DNA from: Pseudomonadota bacterium
GTDB lineage: Bacteria > Pseudomonadota > Alphaproteobacteria > Micavibrionales > UBA2020
DNA: 64,000 nt
Assembly: GCA_021845905.1 (NCBI GenBank)
Contig: JAJZVA010000002.1
Coordinates: forward strand, 12,577 to 76,576
Direction of reading: 5' to 3'
Of the stretch, positions 9,795-19,349 are shown in pieces (the stretch's first letter is position 1; each line of letters starts with the position of its first letter). The position numbers and the translations under genes were made by a program. The notes beneath the pieces were generated by a model. It was not told where the DNA came from. It worked only from the letters and a program-made list of their open reading frames with translations, and made no database searches.

Positions 9795-9829
9795 GCGGGC
9801 AAGATATCAAGATCTTCCCGGGTTGCAGG

Positions 9830-9896
9830 CCGCTCCGCATATATATTTTTGCGCCGAGTCCGCGCGTATATTTTGCGCCGATCCCGCGCATATATA
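9830..9896. repeat. about 24-bp tandem repeat (TTTTGCGCCGA(G/T)(T/C)CCGCGC(G/A)TATA) x2 plus a partial copy
   Basis: Read directly. Copies lie at 9847-9870 and 9871-9894 with a partial copy upstream. The repeat sits 40 nt downstream of the trxB stop. Confidence 0.8.
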
Positions 9897-10084
9897 CATA
9901 CCCACATGACAGGCAACGGATATTTGTGCTAACTTGAGGCCGGTTGCCGCGTTGCGGCGGCCGGGGCCTGATAACCCTTTTTCCTACACGGCCAACGACA
10001 GCATCTGGCCGTCATCAACGATGTTGCTTTCTCGACTCTGTCGGGGAGGCAGTGAATACAAGACGCGTAAGCGGAATAGCTGCG

Positions 10085-10134
10085 CCGCATGTCCCGGCTG
10101 GAGCCGCCCTATGATGTCTGCTTCAAAAACGCGC
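10085..10134 (+). other. 50-nt conserved element, copy 1 (47/50 identical to 53356-53405)
   Basis: CCGCATGTCCCGGCTGGAGCCGCCCTATGATGTCTGCTTCAAAAACGCGC. It lies in the convergent trxB/dnaN gap. The 11-nt motif ACGACAGCATC (9995-10005) sits upstream in the loop of a 7-bp hairpin (9988-10012). Confidence 0.4.
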
Positions 10135-10177
10135 AGGCGGGATTGGATCAAGAAAACACGTTGAATCTCGGTGGAGT

Positions 10178-11299
10178 TTAAACCCGCATCGGCATCAGGA
10201 CATAGAGCGACGAAGCATCGGCCACATCCTGAATGATGGTCGGCGAGGCGGGATCGGACAGGGAGATCCGGCAACCCTCGCCTTCGATCTGTTTCGCCAC
10301 GTCCATGAGATAGGCGGAGTTGAAGCCGATCTCCATCGGTTGCGCGGAAAAGCGCACTTCGATTTCTTCCGACGCCGAGCCCGAGTCCGGCGAATTGGCG
10401 GAGAGCGTCATGGTCTTGCCGCCAAGGGTGAGTTTCACCGCGCGGGATTTCTCGGATGAAATCGTCGAGACGCGGTCGACGGCGGACGCGAAAACAGCGG
10501 GATTCACTTCCAGCACCTTGTCGTTGTTCTTGGGGATCACGCGGTCGTAATCGGGGAAGGTGCCGTCGATCAGCTTGGTGGTGAGCGCGATGTGGTCGAA
10601 GGAAAAGCGCAGTCTGTTCTCCGAAAGCCCGATCTCGATGGCGTCGCCCGCCTCGTCGATCAGTTTGCGCATCTCGTTGATGGCTTTGCGCGGAATGATC
10701 ACGCCGGGGATGTCTTTCGCGCCGTCGGGCAGCGGCATCTCGAAGCGCGCGAGGCGGTGGCCGTCGGTCGCGACCGCGCGGAGCACGGCGACGCCGTCGC
10801 TCTCCGCCGCATGAAGATAAATGCCGTTGAGGTAATAGCGCGTCTCTTCGTTCGAAATGGCGAAGCGCGTGCGGTCGACCAGCATGCGCAGGTCGGCGGC
10901 GGGAATCGAGAAGCTGTAGGCGAACTTTTCGTCCGCGCCCATGCGCGGAAAATCTTCCACCGCAAGGCAGCCGAGGCGGAAGGTGGACTTGCCGGATTTC
11001 ACTTGCAGCGTCGTGTCGCTCGCCGCGCCGGAGAGCTCGACCGTGCTGCCGTCGGGCAGTTTGCGCACGATGTCGTAGAGCGTGTGCGCGGGCACGGTGG
11101 TCGCGCCGGGCTGCGAGACTTCGGCGGCGACGGACTCGATGATCTCAAGGTCCATGTCGGTGGTGGTGAGCGCGAGCGCGTCCTTCTCCGCCTTCAGGCA
11201 GACGTTGGCGAGAATGGGAATGGTGTTGCGCCGCTCGACGACGCTGTGCACGTGGTTGAGGGCACGCAGGAGATCCGCGCGATCAATGGTGAATTTCAT
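10178..11299 (-). CDS. dnaN: DNA polymerase III subunit beta
   Basis: 373 aa. Typical N-terminus MKFTIDRADLLRALNHVHSVVERRNTIPILANV and three-domain length. Confidence 0.95.
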   Translation of the reverse strand: MKFTIDRADLLRALNHVHSVVERRNTIPILANVCLKAEKDALALTTTDMDLEIIESVAAEVSQPGATTVPAHTLYDIVRKLPDGSTVELSGAASDTTLQVKSGKSTFRLGCLAVEDFPRMGADEKFAYSFSIPAADLRMLVDRTRFAISNEETRYYLNGIYLHAAESDGVAVLRAVATDGHRLARFEMPLPDGAKDIPGVIIPRKAINEMRKLIDEAGDAIEIGLSENRLRFSFDHIALTTKLIDGTFPDYDRVIPKNNDKVLEVNPAVFASAVDRVSTISSEKSRAVKLTLGGKTMTLSANSPDSGSASEEIEVRFSAQPMEIGFNSAYLMDVAKQIEGEGCRISLSDPASPTIIQDVADASSLYVLMPMRV

Positions 11300-11426
11300 G
11301 GGCCGATCCTTCCCTAAAAAGGCCGCGCGCCAAAACCATGACGCGGAGCGTCTTCCGACTGGACTTTAAATAATGAGGGATTATATCAACCATCCCGAAA
11401 AAGCCAAGGCCTAAAACGGCCTTGAA

Positions 11427-11906
11427 TCAGGGCTTTTTGGAGAGCGCCTTGAGCGCCATTTTCCTCTTCTGACGCAACGAGCGCGCCACTGTCAGGCCGG
11501 GCGCGAAGCGCGCCAGCAATTTCTGCCGCTTGATGTTGCCTTGATTGAGCACTGTGGACTGCGGATCGGCAAGTTGCGTCTCCGAGAGCGCGATGGTCGC
11601 CGCCGCGGAGGTGTTAAATATCAGCCTGAAGTTTTCGATCAGCCCCGTTGCGGTTTTCGGCTTCGGCATGCGCGCGCCGGCTCTCTCTCCGGCATCTTTA
11701 TAGGCATATAACATAACAAATTCAGCCTGCGCCTGGCTCATTTCCGGCGCGGCCGCCAAAACATTGCCGACACGGGTTAGGTAGTTTATATAATCCGCAT
11801 GCTGCCGTTGTTTTCCGTCAGGCAGGGCGTTGATTGCGGCTGTGGCTCTTTGAAAGGATTCCCTGACCTGCAAAGTCTTCACGGCGGGTTCAATATATTT
11901 TTCCAT
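11427..11906 (-). CDS. hypothetical protein (orphan)
   Basis: 159-aa ORF directly downstream of a consensus sigma-70 promoter. It has a basic C-terminal tail. Confidence 0.5.
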   Translation of the reverse strand: MEKYIEPAVKTLQVRESFQRATAAINALPDGKQRQHADYINYLTRVGNVLAAAPEMSQAQAEFVMLYAYKDAGERAGARMPKPKTATGLIENFRLIFNTSAAATIALSETQLADPQSTVLNQGNIKRQKLLARFAPGLTVARSLRQKRKMALKALSKKP

Positions 11907-11948
11907 AATATTAAATCTTCCTGTTGTGTTTTTCTGTAACGAGCCACT

Positions 11949-11977
11949 CTTATATTCCAGAAAAATAATTCTGTCAA
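11949..11977 (-). promoter_or_regulatory. sigma-70-type promoter, TTGACA-N17-TATAAG
   Basis: The reverse complement reads TTGACA (11977-11972), a 17-nt spacer, then TATAAG (11954-11949). It lies about 40 nt upstream of the 11906 start. Confidence 0.6.
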
Positions 11978-11988
11978 TATGTCCGCGC

Positions 11989-12930
11989 TTATTTGCCTTT
12001 CGGCTTTATTTTCCGGCCTGCGAAAGTTTCCGGATCATCGAGGACGGGGCGCACCGCCTTGATGAACACCTCCGCCCATGCGGCGGCTTTCTGCCTGGTA
12101 TCGACGAGGTCCTGACGGAACTCGACAAGGAGATAAGGCAGCCCGCGCTCTTCGGTATGACGCCAGATGGTCGAGCCGACGAAACGCTCGCCGGTCAGGG
12201 TATAAGGCTCGTTCTCGCCGACCAGAATGTCGGGGCGCGCGCGGCGCAAGGCTTGCGCGACGCAGCGCGCGAGCTTCGCCTCCCTGTTCCACAGCAGCGA
12301 CATGTGCCACGGGCGGGAAACGCCGTCCATGCGCGGCGTCATGCTGTGAATGGAGAGGATCAGCGGCGGCCTTTTGGCGGCGATCTGCCGGTCGATGACG
12401 CGGGCGGCCGCCTTGTGATAGGGCCGGTAAATTTCCGCAAGGCGTTGTTCCCTGTCTTTCTTGTTCAAATCCGCATTGGCGGGGATTTTGACGTGGTCGC
12501 TCGTTTCCGGCATGCATTCGCGGTAGTGCGGCCCGCGGTTGAGATCGACCACCAGGCGCGAATATTGCGCGATCACCGCGGGGGCGCCGAATGCGCGGGC
12601 GATGTGCAACGCCGCGTCCTCCGCGCCGATGTCCCAGCCGATATGCCTTTTGAGGACGTTTTTCTTCAGCCCCATGTCTTTCAGCGCGCGCGGCACGCGA
12701 AAGCTGGCGTGGTCGCACAGCACCAGCGCCTGCGCCGCGCCGGAGGCGTTCTCGATGCGGAACGGCAAAGGCTCGGCGGCAAGCAGGAGCTTGCGCGGCG
12801 CGGACGTTTTTTTGACGGCGCGCCGCGACGATGATTTTTTCGCCGGCGTTTTTCTCTTTGCTGTTTTCTTTTTCGCCGTTTTGCGCGGCGCGGTCTTTTT
12901 CGCGGATTTTTTTGTCGTCTTCGTTTTCAT
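11989..12930 (-). CDS. N-formylglutamate amidohydrolase family protein with Lys-rich N-terminal extension
   Basis: The core (LVLCDHASFRVP..., IGWDIGA, VVDLNR, LSIHSMTP) resembles PF05013. The first about 45 aa are a KKT/KKSA low-complexity tail. Confidence 0.6.
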   Translation of the reverse strand: MKTKTTKKSAKKTAPRKTAKKKTAKRKTPAKKSSSRRAVKKTSAPRKLLLAAEPLPFRIENASGAAQALVLCDHASFRVPRALKDMGLKKNVLKRHIGWDIGAEDAALHIARAFGAPAVIAQYSRLVVDLNRGPHYRECMPETSDHVKIPANADLNKKDREQRLAEIYRPYHKAAARVIDRQIAAKRPPLILSIHSMTPRMDGVSRPWHMSLLWNREAKLARCVAQALRRARPDILVGENEPYTLTGERFVGSTIWRHTEERGLPYLLVEFRQDLVDTRQKAAAWAEVFIKAVRPVLDDPETFAGRKIKPKGK

Positions 12931-12943
12931 CTCGATCTCGTTA

Positions 12944-13221
12944 CGCCCTGAATTTTAGTTTAAGCGGGGTCAGGGCCCCATGGCGCTCCGCGCCATAAAT
13001 CTTAGTTCAGGCGGGGTCAAGACCCCACGGGCGCTCCGCGCCATAAATCTTAGTTCAGGCGGGGTCAAGACCCCACGGGCGCTCCGCGCCCTGAATTCCA
13101 GTTTAGGTGGGGTCAAGACCCCACGGGCGCTCCGCGCCCTGAATTCCAGTTTAGGTGGGGTCAAGACCCCACGGGCGCTCCGCGCCCTGAATTCCAGTTT
13201 AGGCGGGGTCAAGACCCCGCC
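12944..13221. repeat. 48-bp tandem repeat array, about 5.7 copies, each with a GGGGTC-AA-GACCCC hairpin
   Basis: The unit GGGGTCAAGACCCCACGGGCGCTCCGCGCCCTGAATTCCAGTTTAGGT and a CATAAATCTTAGTTCAGGC variant were read directly. The array fills the gap between the rodA stop and the upstream region of the 11989-12930 gene. Confidence 0.95.
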
Positions 13222-14347
13222 GGGTGAACTTCACGTCGCGGTGCACGTGCGCCGACATCAGAAGCCCGAACCCGAACAGCACGGACAGCATCGCCGTGCC
13301 GCCGTAGGACACCAGCGGCAAGGGAACTCCTACCACAGGAAGCAAGCCCATGACCATCCCTATATTGATAAAAATATACACGAAGAAGTTGACGATCACG
13401 CCGAGGCCCAGCAGGCGGGCGTACTGGCTCTGGCAGTTGAGGGCGATGAAATAGCCGTAGGCAATGATCGACATGAACAGCCCCATCAGCGTCAGGCCGC
13501 CGACCAGCCCCCACTCCTCGGCGAACAGCGTGAAGATGAAATCGGTCTGCTTTTCAGGCAGAAAGTCGAGGTGGCTCTGGCTGCCGTGCAAGAACCCCTT
13601 GCCGAAAACGCCGCCGGAGCCGAGCGCGATTTTCGACTGCATGATGTGATAGCCCGCGCCGAGCGGGTCGAGCTCGGGATGCATGAAAACGAGGATGCGC
13701 TTTTTCTGGTAGCCGTGCATGAAGTGCCACAGAACCGGCAGGGCGGCGAGGCCGAGCGCGATGACGGTGCCGAACATCCAGTACGGCACGCCGGCGAGGA
13801 AGAAGATCCCGCCCGCGACGATGGCGATGGTCAGCGCGGTGCCGAGGTCGGGCTGGATGGCGACCAGCCCCGCGGGCAGCGCCACCAGGAAAAGCGGCCA
13901 GAGCAGAAAAACCGGGTTCTTCACGTCCTCCGGCGTCGCGGCATGAAAGCAGCGCGCCAGTGCCATCACCGTCGTGATCTTCACCACCTCCGAGGGCTGC
14001 AATTCGAGAAAGCCGAGGCTGATCCAGCGTTGCGCCCCCATGCCGATATGCCCGCGGATATCGACATAGACCAGCAGCAGGATGCCGAGCGCGTAAAGCG
14101 GATAGGACATTTTCATCCAGAAGCGGATGTCGATCAGCGCGACGGCGACAAGGCCGCAAAGGCCGAAGATGAAGCGCACCGCCTGCTTGCTCGCCCACGG
14201 CGCCATGTGCCCGCCCGCCGCCGAATAAAGGGATGCGAAGCCGACGCAGGCCGTCAGCGTCACCAGCAGCAGCAACGGCCAGCTGATGAGACGCAGCTTC
14301 TCCGGGATGCTTAAAGAATCCTGCCCGATGCCCCGGCCCGTGTTCAT
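13199..14347 (-). CDS. rodA: rod shape-determining protein RodA (SEDS family)
   Basis: Start MNTGRGIG overlaps the mrdA stop (ATGA). Motifs PSEVVKI, QPDLGTA, LPEKQTDFIF and GVPLPLVSYGGTAML are present. The 586-aa track ORF is an upstream over-extension. Confidence 0.9.
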   Translation of the reverse strand: MNTGRGIGQDSLSIPEKLRLISWPLLLLVTLTACVGFASLYSAAGGHMAPWASKQAVRFIFGLCGLVAVALIDIRFWMKMSYPLYALGILLLVYVDIRGHIGMGAQRWISLGFLELQPSEVVKITTVMALARCFHAATPEDVKNPVFLLWPLFLVALPAGLVAIQPDLGTALTIAIVAGGIFFLAGVPYWMFGTVIALGLAALPVLWHFMHGYQKKRILVFMHPELDPLGAGYHIMQSKIALGSGGVFGKGFLHGSQSHLDFLPEKQTDFIFTLFAEEWGLVGGLTLMGLFMSIIAYGYFIALNCQSQYARLLGLGVIVNFFVYIFINIGMVMGLLPVVGVPLPLVSYGGTAMLSVLFGFGLLMSAHVHRDVKFTRRGLDPA

Positions 14348-16221
14348 GTTCCGCCTTTCTCTTTCTTGTCGCTGTCGTGCTCGGCCTCGTCGACGGTGCG
14401 GATCAGGCGCGGGTCGCGCTTCATCGCCGCGAGCAAAACGTCGCGCACGATCGGCGCCGCGCTGTAATCGCCCTCGATGCCGTGCTCGACGATCGCCGCC
14501 GCGGCATAGGCGGGCTTGTGGACCGGCCCGTAGCCGACGAACAGCGCATGGTCGCGGAACTTCCACGGCAATTTGAAAACGCTGATGTGCTCGGCGCGCA
14601 TTTTCGCCGTGGTGCGGCGCACCTGCGCCGTGCCGGTCTTGCCCGCCATCGAATAGGGCGGCGTGGTGATGCGCACGTCGTAGGCGGTGCCGCGCGGATC
14701 GTTGACCACTTCCTCCATGCCCTTGCGCACCAGCGCGATGTGCGCGGGATCGAGGCCGATGCGCGCGGGCGGCGGCGGCGTTTTCTCCGTCTCGCCGATC
14801 GCGCGGAGCAGCGTCGGAAAGACCGCATATCCGCCGTTGGCGACGCGCGAAGCCATCGTCGCCAGCTGCAACGGCGTCGCGAGAACATACCCTTGCCCGA
14901 TGCCGGCGATGAGCGTCTCGCCCTTTTCCCACGGCCTGCCGGTGCGGCGCTCCTTCCATGCCTTGGTGGGGATGAGGCCGCTCGCCACGTCGGGCAAATC
15001 GAAATCGAGCCTCTGCCCCAGCCCCATGCGGCGCGCCATTTTAGCGATGGCGTCGATGCCGGTGCGCTGCGCCGTTTCGTAGAAAAACACGTCGCAGGAT
15101 TCGCGGATCGCCGCGACGACGTCGATGTTGCCGTGCCCGGCATGCTTCCAGCAGTGGAAAACGCTCCGCCCGAGCTTGTAATAGCCGGGGCAGTTGATGT
15201 GCGTCGCCGCGGTGATCTTGCCGCTTTCAAGCCCGGCCAGCGCCGTGACGATCTTGAAGGTCGAGCCGGGCGGATACTGCCCCGCGGTGGCCTTGTCGGT
15301 GAGCGGCGACGCCGGGTCGGAAAGCAGGCTCTCCCACAGGTCCGCCGGAATGCCCGCTGAAAAGACGTTGGGATCGTAGCTCGGGTGCGAGGCGAGCGCG
15401 TAGACGTCGCCGTTGTGCACGTCCATGACGACGACCGCGGCGCTGCGGTGCTTGGTGAGGAAGCCGTGGCTTTGCATCTGCAGGTCGGAATCGAGCGTCA
15501 GCGTCAGGCGCTTGCCCGGGGTGCCTTCGGTGCGCTTGAGCTCGCGGATCTCGCGCCCGACGACGTTGACTTCATCCTGCACTTCGCCGACGGTGCCGCG
15601 CAGGATCTTGTCGTACTGCTTTTCGATGCCGGTCTTGCCGATGCGAAAGCCCGGCAGGGTCATGGCGGGATCGTTGGTCATCTCCGCCTTGCTGACGCGG
15701 CCGACGTAGCCGATGACGTGCGCCGCGTCGCGCCCGAGCGGATAGGAGCGCATCTCTCCCTGCTCGACCGACACGCCGGAAAGGTCGGGCAGGTTCACCT
15801 CGACCTTCGCCATGTCCTCCCAGCTGAGGTTTTCCTTGACCAGCACCGGCGCGAAACGCCGGTGGCGCCTGACGTCGGCGAGAATGTCGGCGATCTCCTC
15901 GTCGCTGAGCGGGATCAGCCTCGAAAAACGCGCGATGGTCGCCGCAACGTTGTCCGCCTGTTCGGGCACGATCACCGCGCGGAAATCCGGCTTGTTGACG
16001 GCGAGCGGCGCGCCGAACCTGTCCATGATCACGCCGCGCCGCGCGGGCAAGAGGCGGATGCCGATGCTGTTTTCGTTGGAGAGCATCTGGTATTTGCCGT
16101 GCTCGGCGATTTCGAGCCAGCCGAGACGCAAGGCCAGCGTGCCGAACAGCAAAACCTTGCCGCCGCCGAGCATCATCGCCCGCCGCGAGAATTCCTTTTG
16201 TCTGTCCATATCGCGGTTCAT
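14344..16221 (-). CDS. mrdA: penicillin-binding protein 2 (elongasome transpeptidase)
   Basis: 625 aa. Contains STFK (SxxK) and KTGTAQ (KTG). It sits between mreD and rodA. Confidence 0.95.
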   Translation of the reverse strand: MNRDMDRQKEFSRRAMMLGGGKVLLFGTLALRLGWLEIAEHGKYQMLSNENSIGIRLLPARRGVIMDRFGAPLAVNKPDFRAVIVPEQADNVAATIARFSRLIPLSDEEIADILADVRRHRRFAPVLVKENLSWEDMAKVEVNLPDLSGVSVEQGEMRSYPLGRDAAHVIGYVGRVSKAEMTNDPAMTLPGFRIGKTGIEKQYDKILRGTVGEVQDEVNVVGREIRELKRTEGTPGKRLTLTLDSDLQMQSHGFLTKHRSAAVVVMDVHNGDVYALASHPSYDPNVFSAGIPADLWESLLSDPASPLTDKATAGQYPPGSTFKIVTALAGLESGKITAATHINCPGYYKLGRSVFHCWKHAGHGNIDVVAAIRESCDVFFYETAQRTGIDAIAKMARRMGLGQRLDFDLPDVASGLIPTKAWKERRTGRPWEKGETLIAGIGQGYVLATPLQLATMASRVANGGYAVFPTLLRAIGETEKTPPPPARIGLDPAHIALVRKGMEEVVNDPRGTAYDVRITTPPYSMAGKTGTAQVRRTTAKMRAEHISVFKLPWKFRDHALFVGYGPVHKPAYAAAAIVEHGIEGDYSAAPIVRDVLLAAMKRDPRLIRTVDEAEHDSDKKEKGGT

Positions 16222-16230
16222 GAGATCATC

Positions 16231-16752
16231 CTAAGGCGGTTCGGGCCGGTTGACCAGCATCCGGTATACCCCCGCCAGCGGCAGGACGGACAGCGGAAAC
16301 AGCAACGCCGAAAGGGCGACGGAGATCAGCGGCGGCACCGGCGGCACCGGCGCGAGATCGAGTAGGGAAAAAAGCAGCCATTGCACGACCCCTGCGGCGA
16401 GCGCCACCACGGCGAACCCCGCCCAGATCACCAGGAACGACTGGCCGAGCAGGAATTTCCTGTTATGCGCCGTCACCGCCTGCGCCGCGACCAGCAGCAG
16501 CGCCGTCATGCCCGGCGGATAGCCGGAGAGAAAGTCGAGCACGAGGCCGAAGGCGAAGACCGCCAGCGGCGGCGCGGCGGAAATGATGCTCCAGTAATAA
16601 ACCGCCATCAGCGTGAAAAAAGGGCGCACACCCGCAAAGCCGGAGATATCGAGCGGCACCGCGCTCAGCAGCAAAATCGCGACCAGCGCGGCGAGCGCCA
16701 GCCCCCAGCGCCCGACCGTTGCCAGAAATTGCCCTTCAAATTCGGAATCCAT
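16231..16752 (-). CDS. mreD: rod shape-determining protein MreD
   Basis: 173-aa polytopic membrane ORF between mreC and mrdA. Confidence 0.8.
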   Translation of the reverse strand: MDSEFEGQFLATVGRWGLALAALVAILLLSAVPLDISGFAGVRPFFTLMAVYYWSIISAAPPLAVFAFGLVLDFLSGYPPGMTALLLVAAQAVTAHNRKFLLGQSFLVIWAGFAVVALAAGVVQWLLFSLLDLAPVPPVPPLISVALSALLFPLSVLPLAGVYRMLVNRPEPP

Positions 16753-16860
16753 GTTCGCGTCGATCCGTTCTGTCCGTTCCGGGAAAAAGCCAAAATATCA
16801 CCAAACGGCGCGGATATACAGCTTTCGTGTGACCGCGGGGTGAAAGGGCGGGCGAAACGA

Positions 16861-17799
16861 TTACTGGCCGTCCGCCGGAGACGCGGCGACCGGCGCGATA
16901 TCCCCCGAGCTGAGCGCGGGGGTGATGGCCGCATGGACCACCTGCACGTATTCCAGCCGCGCGAGATCCGACAAAGGCTTGACCCAGACGCCCTGCGGCC
17001 CGGCGGAAACGATGGTGCCGACCGGGAGGCCCGGCGGCAACTGGCCGCCGTCGCCGGAGGTCACGACCTGCGTGCCGACCGTCATGCCGCTGTCGGGCGG
17101 CAGGCGCTCGAGCTTCATGAGATTCTCGTTTTTGCCAGCGAGAATGCCCTTGATGCGCGTGCCCTGCACGATCACCGGAATGTCGGAGTTAAGGTCGGTG
17201 ATCAAAAGCACGCGCGACGCGTCTTCCCCGACCTCGATGACGCGCCCGACCAGCCCCTGGCCGGACAATACCGCGCTGTTCTTTTGCACGTGATCGCGCG
17301 CGCCGACAGGCAGAAGCACGCTCTTGACGAACGCGCCGCCCGCGTCCGACACCACCCGCGCCGTGACGAACGACATCGCCGGATCGGCCTTGACGTTGAG
17401 CAGCTGGCGGAAGCTTTCGTTCTCGGCTTTCAGCTCCAGCGCCGCCTCGTACCATTTTTGCAGGCGGGCGTTCTCGGCCTTGAGGCGGGCGTTCTCCGCT
17501 TTCAGGTTCTCGAACGAGGCCACGCTTGAAATGTTGTCGACAAAGGCCGCGACCGGCGCGGAAACGGCGGAGAGCACCGGCGCCGTCACGTCCATCACCG
17601 CCGCGCGCAGACGCTCGACCGGCAAAGTCCCGGCGCGATGCAAGATCATCAGGGTCAGGGAGAGCAGAATGAGCACCGGCGGAGTCGCGCGCACCGTGAC
17701 CGTCTTGAGCGGCATGGACTTGATGGTCGGCTTTTGCGAACGCAGGTGCGGCACGAGGAAATCCCCAGAAATGTTTCTGTCTGCCATTATAGCAGACAA
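16861..17799 (-). CDS. mreC: rod shape-determining protein MreC
   Basis: 312 aa. It has an N-terminal TM segment, a coiled coil (ENLKAENARLKAENARLQKW) and beta-rich domains. It lies downstream of mreB. The start is uncertain. Confidence 0.85.
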   Translation of the reverse strand: MSAIMADRNISGDFLVPHLRSQKPTIKSMPLKTVTVRATPPVLILLSLTLMILHRAGTLPVERLRAAVMDVTAPVLSAVSAPVAAFVDNISSVASFENLKAENARLKAENARLQKWYEAALELKAENESFRQLLNVKADPAMSFVTARVVSDAGGAFVKSVLLPVGARDHVQKNSAVLSGQGLVGRVIEVGEDASRVLLITDLNSDIPVIVQGTRIKGILAGKNENLMKLERLPPDSGMTVGTQVVTSGDGGQLPPGLPVGTIVSAGPQGVWVKPLSDLARLEYVQVVHAAITPALSSGDIAPVAASPADGQ

Positions 17800-17848
17800 A
17801 TCTTAACAAATACAACCGGAAACCTAATCAAGCCACTGAAAAGACTTG

Positions 17849-18892
<1,044 letters not shown>

Positions 18893-18963
18893 TCAAAACA
18901 CCCCTTCCCGCGTGACATGCCTTGCATGTAAATCAAGTTATACACGGGAATCGCCGCAAAAGC

Positions 18964-19101
18964 TTACTGTTTCGCCTTCATGCGCGGTTTTTCTTTATTG
19001 ATCACATAAAGACGGATCTTGCCCTTGCCATCGCGGCGGCGGACGACTTTGTTCTTTTTGTCACGGCTTTTCAGTGACTTGATGGATGAGGTTTTTTTCA
19101 T
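18964..19101 (-). CDS. rpmJ: 50S ribosomal protein L36, type B
   Basis: Not in the ORF track because it is under 60 aa. The reverse-strand translation is MKKTSSIKSLKSRDKKNKVVRRRDGKGKIRLYVINKEKPRMKAKQ*. This matches the type-B L36 pattern (MK..SLKSL..R....VVRR.G..YVINK..PR.KA.Q) with a short internal insertion. Confidence 0.8.
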   Translation of the reverse strand: MKKTSSIKSLKSRDKKNKVVRRRDGKGKIRLYVINKEKPRMKAKQ

Positions 19102-19349
19102 GGTCTTTCTTCCGGTTTATGACTTCCTGCAAAACTTCCGCGCGCGCGGGAAATCCGCTTGCTCATAATTTTTATCAACAGGGGTGCAACCTACTGATTG
19201 TTTTTGTTTCCGTCAATAAACTTCTGGGGATTTCTCTTAATTATTTTTCGTATGACAATAAATTTTCAGGACTTTTACGCCGCGCCGCGACTGTGATAAG
19301 CTCGACGCCACTGAAATCGCCAGCAATCCCTCGAAAGGTGGTATATATT

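Noticed and set aside
9984-10170. Possible two-piece alphaproteobacterial tmRNA, because GCC-AAC-GAC (A-N-D...) resembles the start of alphaproteobacterial tag peptides.
   Set aside because: The reading frame runs on for more than 50 codons without the expected short tag ending in AA-stop. No T-arm (GGTTCGA-type) or CCA-acceptor sequence is visible nearby, or anywhere else I looked in the window.
12970-13212. ORFs translated straight through repeat arrays. Examples: 12970-13212 (-), 12980-14314 (+), 43190-43492 (+) and 43048-43929 (-).
   Set aside because: Their periodic peptide sequence simply mirrors the DNA repeat. There is no RBS or independent coding evidence.
12944-13221. Possible CRISPR array. 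I also considered 43200-43432 and 48111-48284.
   Set aside because: The whole unit repeats head-to-tail and there are no unique spacers between conserved repeats. No cas genes are present in the window. These are plain tandem repeats.
13199-14959. Over-extended N-termini in the ORF track. Examples: rodA at 586 aa, hemJ 27805-28806, hemH 28248-29915, mnmE 20964-22565, porin 51539, GNAT 57393 and thiolase 35025.
   Set aside because: The upstream portions overlap the preceding gene and have shadow-ORF composition. Internal starts give canonical N-termini, stop/start overlaps (ATGA) or good RBS.
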